A stretch of DNA of 64,000 nucleotides from an uncultured Gemmatimonadales bacterium (GTDB lineage: Bacteria > Gemmatimonadota > Gemmatimonadetes > Longimicrobiales > Longimicrobiaceae), in contig OY970303.1 in the NCBI GenBank assembly GCA_963716255.1, positions 7,296,001 to 7,360,000 on the forward strand. The letters run 5' to 3'. Positions 62,685 through 64,000 of the stretch are shown here, one piece after another. The notes under the pieces were generated by a model that worked only from the letters and a program-made list of their open reading frames with translations, had not been told where the DNA came from and searched no databases. Numbering within the stretch: position 1 is the stretch's first letter; each line of letters begins with the position of its first letter. The translations under genes and the position numbers were made by a program.

Positions 62685-63256
62685 GCACCGCCGACGTCGC
62701 CGTCGTCTCGCTGCTCGCGGGGTGGCTGCTGGCGTCGGCGGCGGCGCAGCTCCCGTGGCGCGTGAGCCGGTGGATCCGGCGGTGGGACGTCGCGGGGCTG
62801 ATCCCTTCGTTCAGCTTCTTCGCTCCGAATCCGGCGAGCTCGGACTGCCACCTCCTGTACCGTCACGTGCTGGCGGACGGGCGCGTGACCTGCTGGACCA
62901 GCGCGTTCGTCTGGAAGCCGGTGCCGTGGCGCGCCGTCTGGAATCCCGATCGCCGCGCCGAGAAGGTCATCTCCGACGCGACGGGGTCGCTCGCGCAGCG
63001 TTCGGTCGAGGACGGCGTGCGGCTCTCCGTGTCGTATCTGCTGCTGCTCAACTACGTGGCGGCGCTCCCGCGGAGCACCGGCGCAGTCGGCGTGCAGTTC
63101 GCGCTCATGGGGGCGGCGGAGTTCTCCGACCGCGCTCCCTTCGCCCGTTTCGTCTCCGACACGCATCCGCTGTACGACGCCCTGCCACCCTCCCACCCGG
63201 AGCTGCGGGAATCCGGTGCCACAACTCACGCCCTGGGAGGCGCTGGCGCTGGTTGA
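62681..63256 (+). CDS. SdpA/DUF5819-like membrane-anchored protein
   Basis: N-terminal TM, then LIPSFSFFAPNP, resembling the W/F-x-F-F-A-P-x-P motif of SdpA-like proteins. Adjacent to an HTTM gene. Confidence 0.65.
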   Translation: MSTADVAVVSLLAGWLLASAAAQLPWRVSRWIRRWDVAGLIPSFSFFAPNPASSDCHLLYRHVLADGRVTCWTSAFVWKPVPWRAVWNPDRRAEKVISDATGSLAQRSVEDGVRLSVSYLLLLNYVAALPRSTGAVGVQFALMGAAEFSDRAPFARFVSDTHPLYDALPPSHPELRESGATTHALGGAGAG

Positions 63257-64000
63257 GCGCGTCGGCGCGGTCGCCGTCCTGATTTCCAGCCTGGAGATGC
63301 TGGCCCGTCCCGGCGTGTTCGCGGACACGGGCCTGCTCAGCTGGAGCACCGAGCAGCTCCGCGCCCGCTGGCTCACCCACGGGGCGCTCGCGCGCGCTCT
63401 TGGCATGGCCTTCCGTTCGCCCGGCGTGCTCTGGATCGTGGGCCTGCGTGCCGCGGCGGCCATGATGGTGGTGGCTTCCCCGCGGCCCGGCGGAGCGCTG
63501 GTCGCCGCGGTCGCGCTGACGTCGCTCCTTCTGATGGTGCGCGATGCGTACGGCAACGACGGCGCGGACCAGATGGGGCTGATCACGTTCGTGGCGGCGG
63601 GATTCGCCCACCTGCGCCCCACCCATGCGGTCGTCGCCGCGGTGTTGTGGTTCCTGGCCCTGCAGGCGAGCCTCGGCTACTTCACGTCCGGAATCGCCAA
63701 GCTGGCCGGCCCGCGCTGGCGAAGTGGAGCAGGGCTGGTGGGCGTCCTAGAAACGCAGACGTACGGCGCCCGCGCCCTGTCCGGCCTGCTGAGGAAGCAC
63801 CCAGGGCTCGCCCTGGCATGCTCGTGGGTGGTGATCCTGGGCGAGTCGCTGTTTCCCGCCGTGCTCGCGGCGCCTCAGCCCGTGGCCATGGCCCTGCTGG
63901 CGTTCGGCGCCGTGTTCCACCTGGGCGCGGCGGCCGTGATGGGGCTCAACACCTTCCTCTGGGCCTTTCCGGCAACGTACCCGGCGGTCTGGTGGTGCGC
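63216..64000 (+). CDS. HTTM-domain (SdpB-like) polytopic membrane protein, 3'-truncated by window edge
   Basis: Not in the ORF track (no stop in window). Frame from GTG 63216 reads MPQLTPWEALALVER...YGNDGADQM...YFTSGIAKL...WRSG...FHLGAAAVMGLNTFLWAF. Confidence 0.8.
   Translation, partial: MPQLTPWEALALVERVGAVAVLISSLEMLARPGVFADTGLLSWSTEQLRARWLTHGALARALGMAFRSPGVLWIVGLRAAAAMMVVASPRPGGALVAAVALTSLLLMVRDAYGNDGADQMGLITFVAAGFAHLRPTHAVVAAVLWFLALQASLGYFTSGIAKLAGPRWRSGAGLVGVLETQTYGARALSGLLRKHPGLALACSWVVILGESLFPAVLAAPQPVAMALLAFGAVFHLGAAAVMGLNTFLWAFPATYPAVWWC

Overview
Very GC-rich bacterial DNA. My inference from gene content is Gemmatimonadota/Longimicrobiales-like, which is not proven. The window opens with the 3' part of a large NRPS (four A-T modules, three full LCL condensation domains and a TE). 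It continues with a macrodomain gene, an RsbQ-type hydrolase plus PAS kinase pair, a sulfotransferase/glycosyltransferase/flippase block, a SIR2-STAND-TPR (NLR/Avs-like) protein and a family B DNA polymerase. Next comes an uncharacterised 6.5-kb locus (29.6-36.1 kb). There a membrane-spanning SARP/BTAD-TPR regulator is surrounded by five hypothetical genes, two of them paralogues, and all three target promoters share one exact architecture (RGTTGAN-N16-RGTTGAN-N10-[-10 box]). The rest holds a KaiC-like ATPase plus kinase, TetR, a CheB/CheR-led kinase operon, a USP, a cyclic beta-1,2-glucan synthase, a GAF kinase, an oxidoreductase with a tRNA-like element upstream, and an SdpA/SdpB(HTTM)-like operon running off the end. 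A ~130-nt structured repeat with compensatory base changes occurs five times (plus one deleted copy), always between convergent genes. I found no rRNA, canonical tRNA, CRISPR array or transposase.
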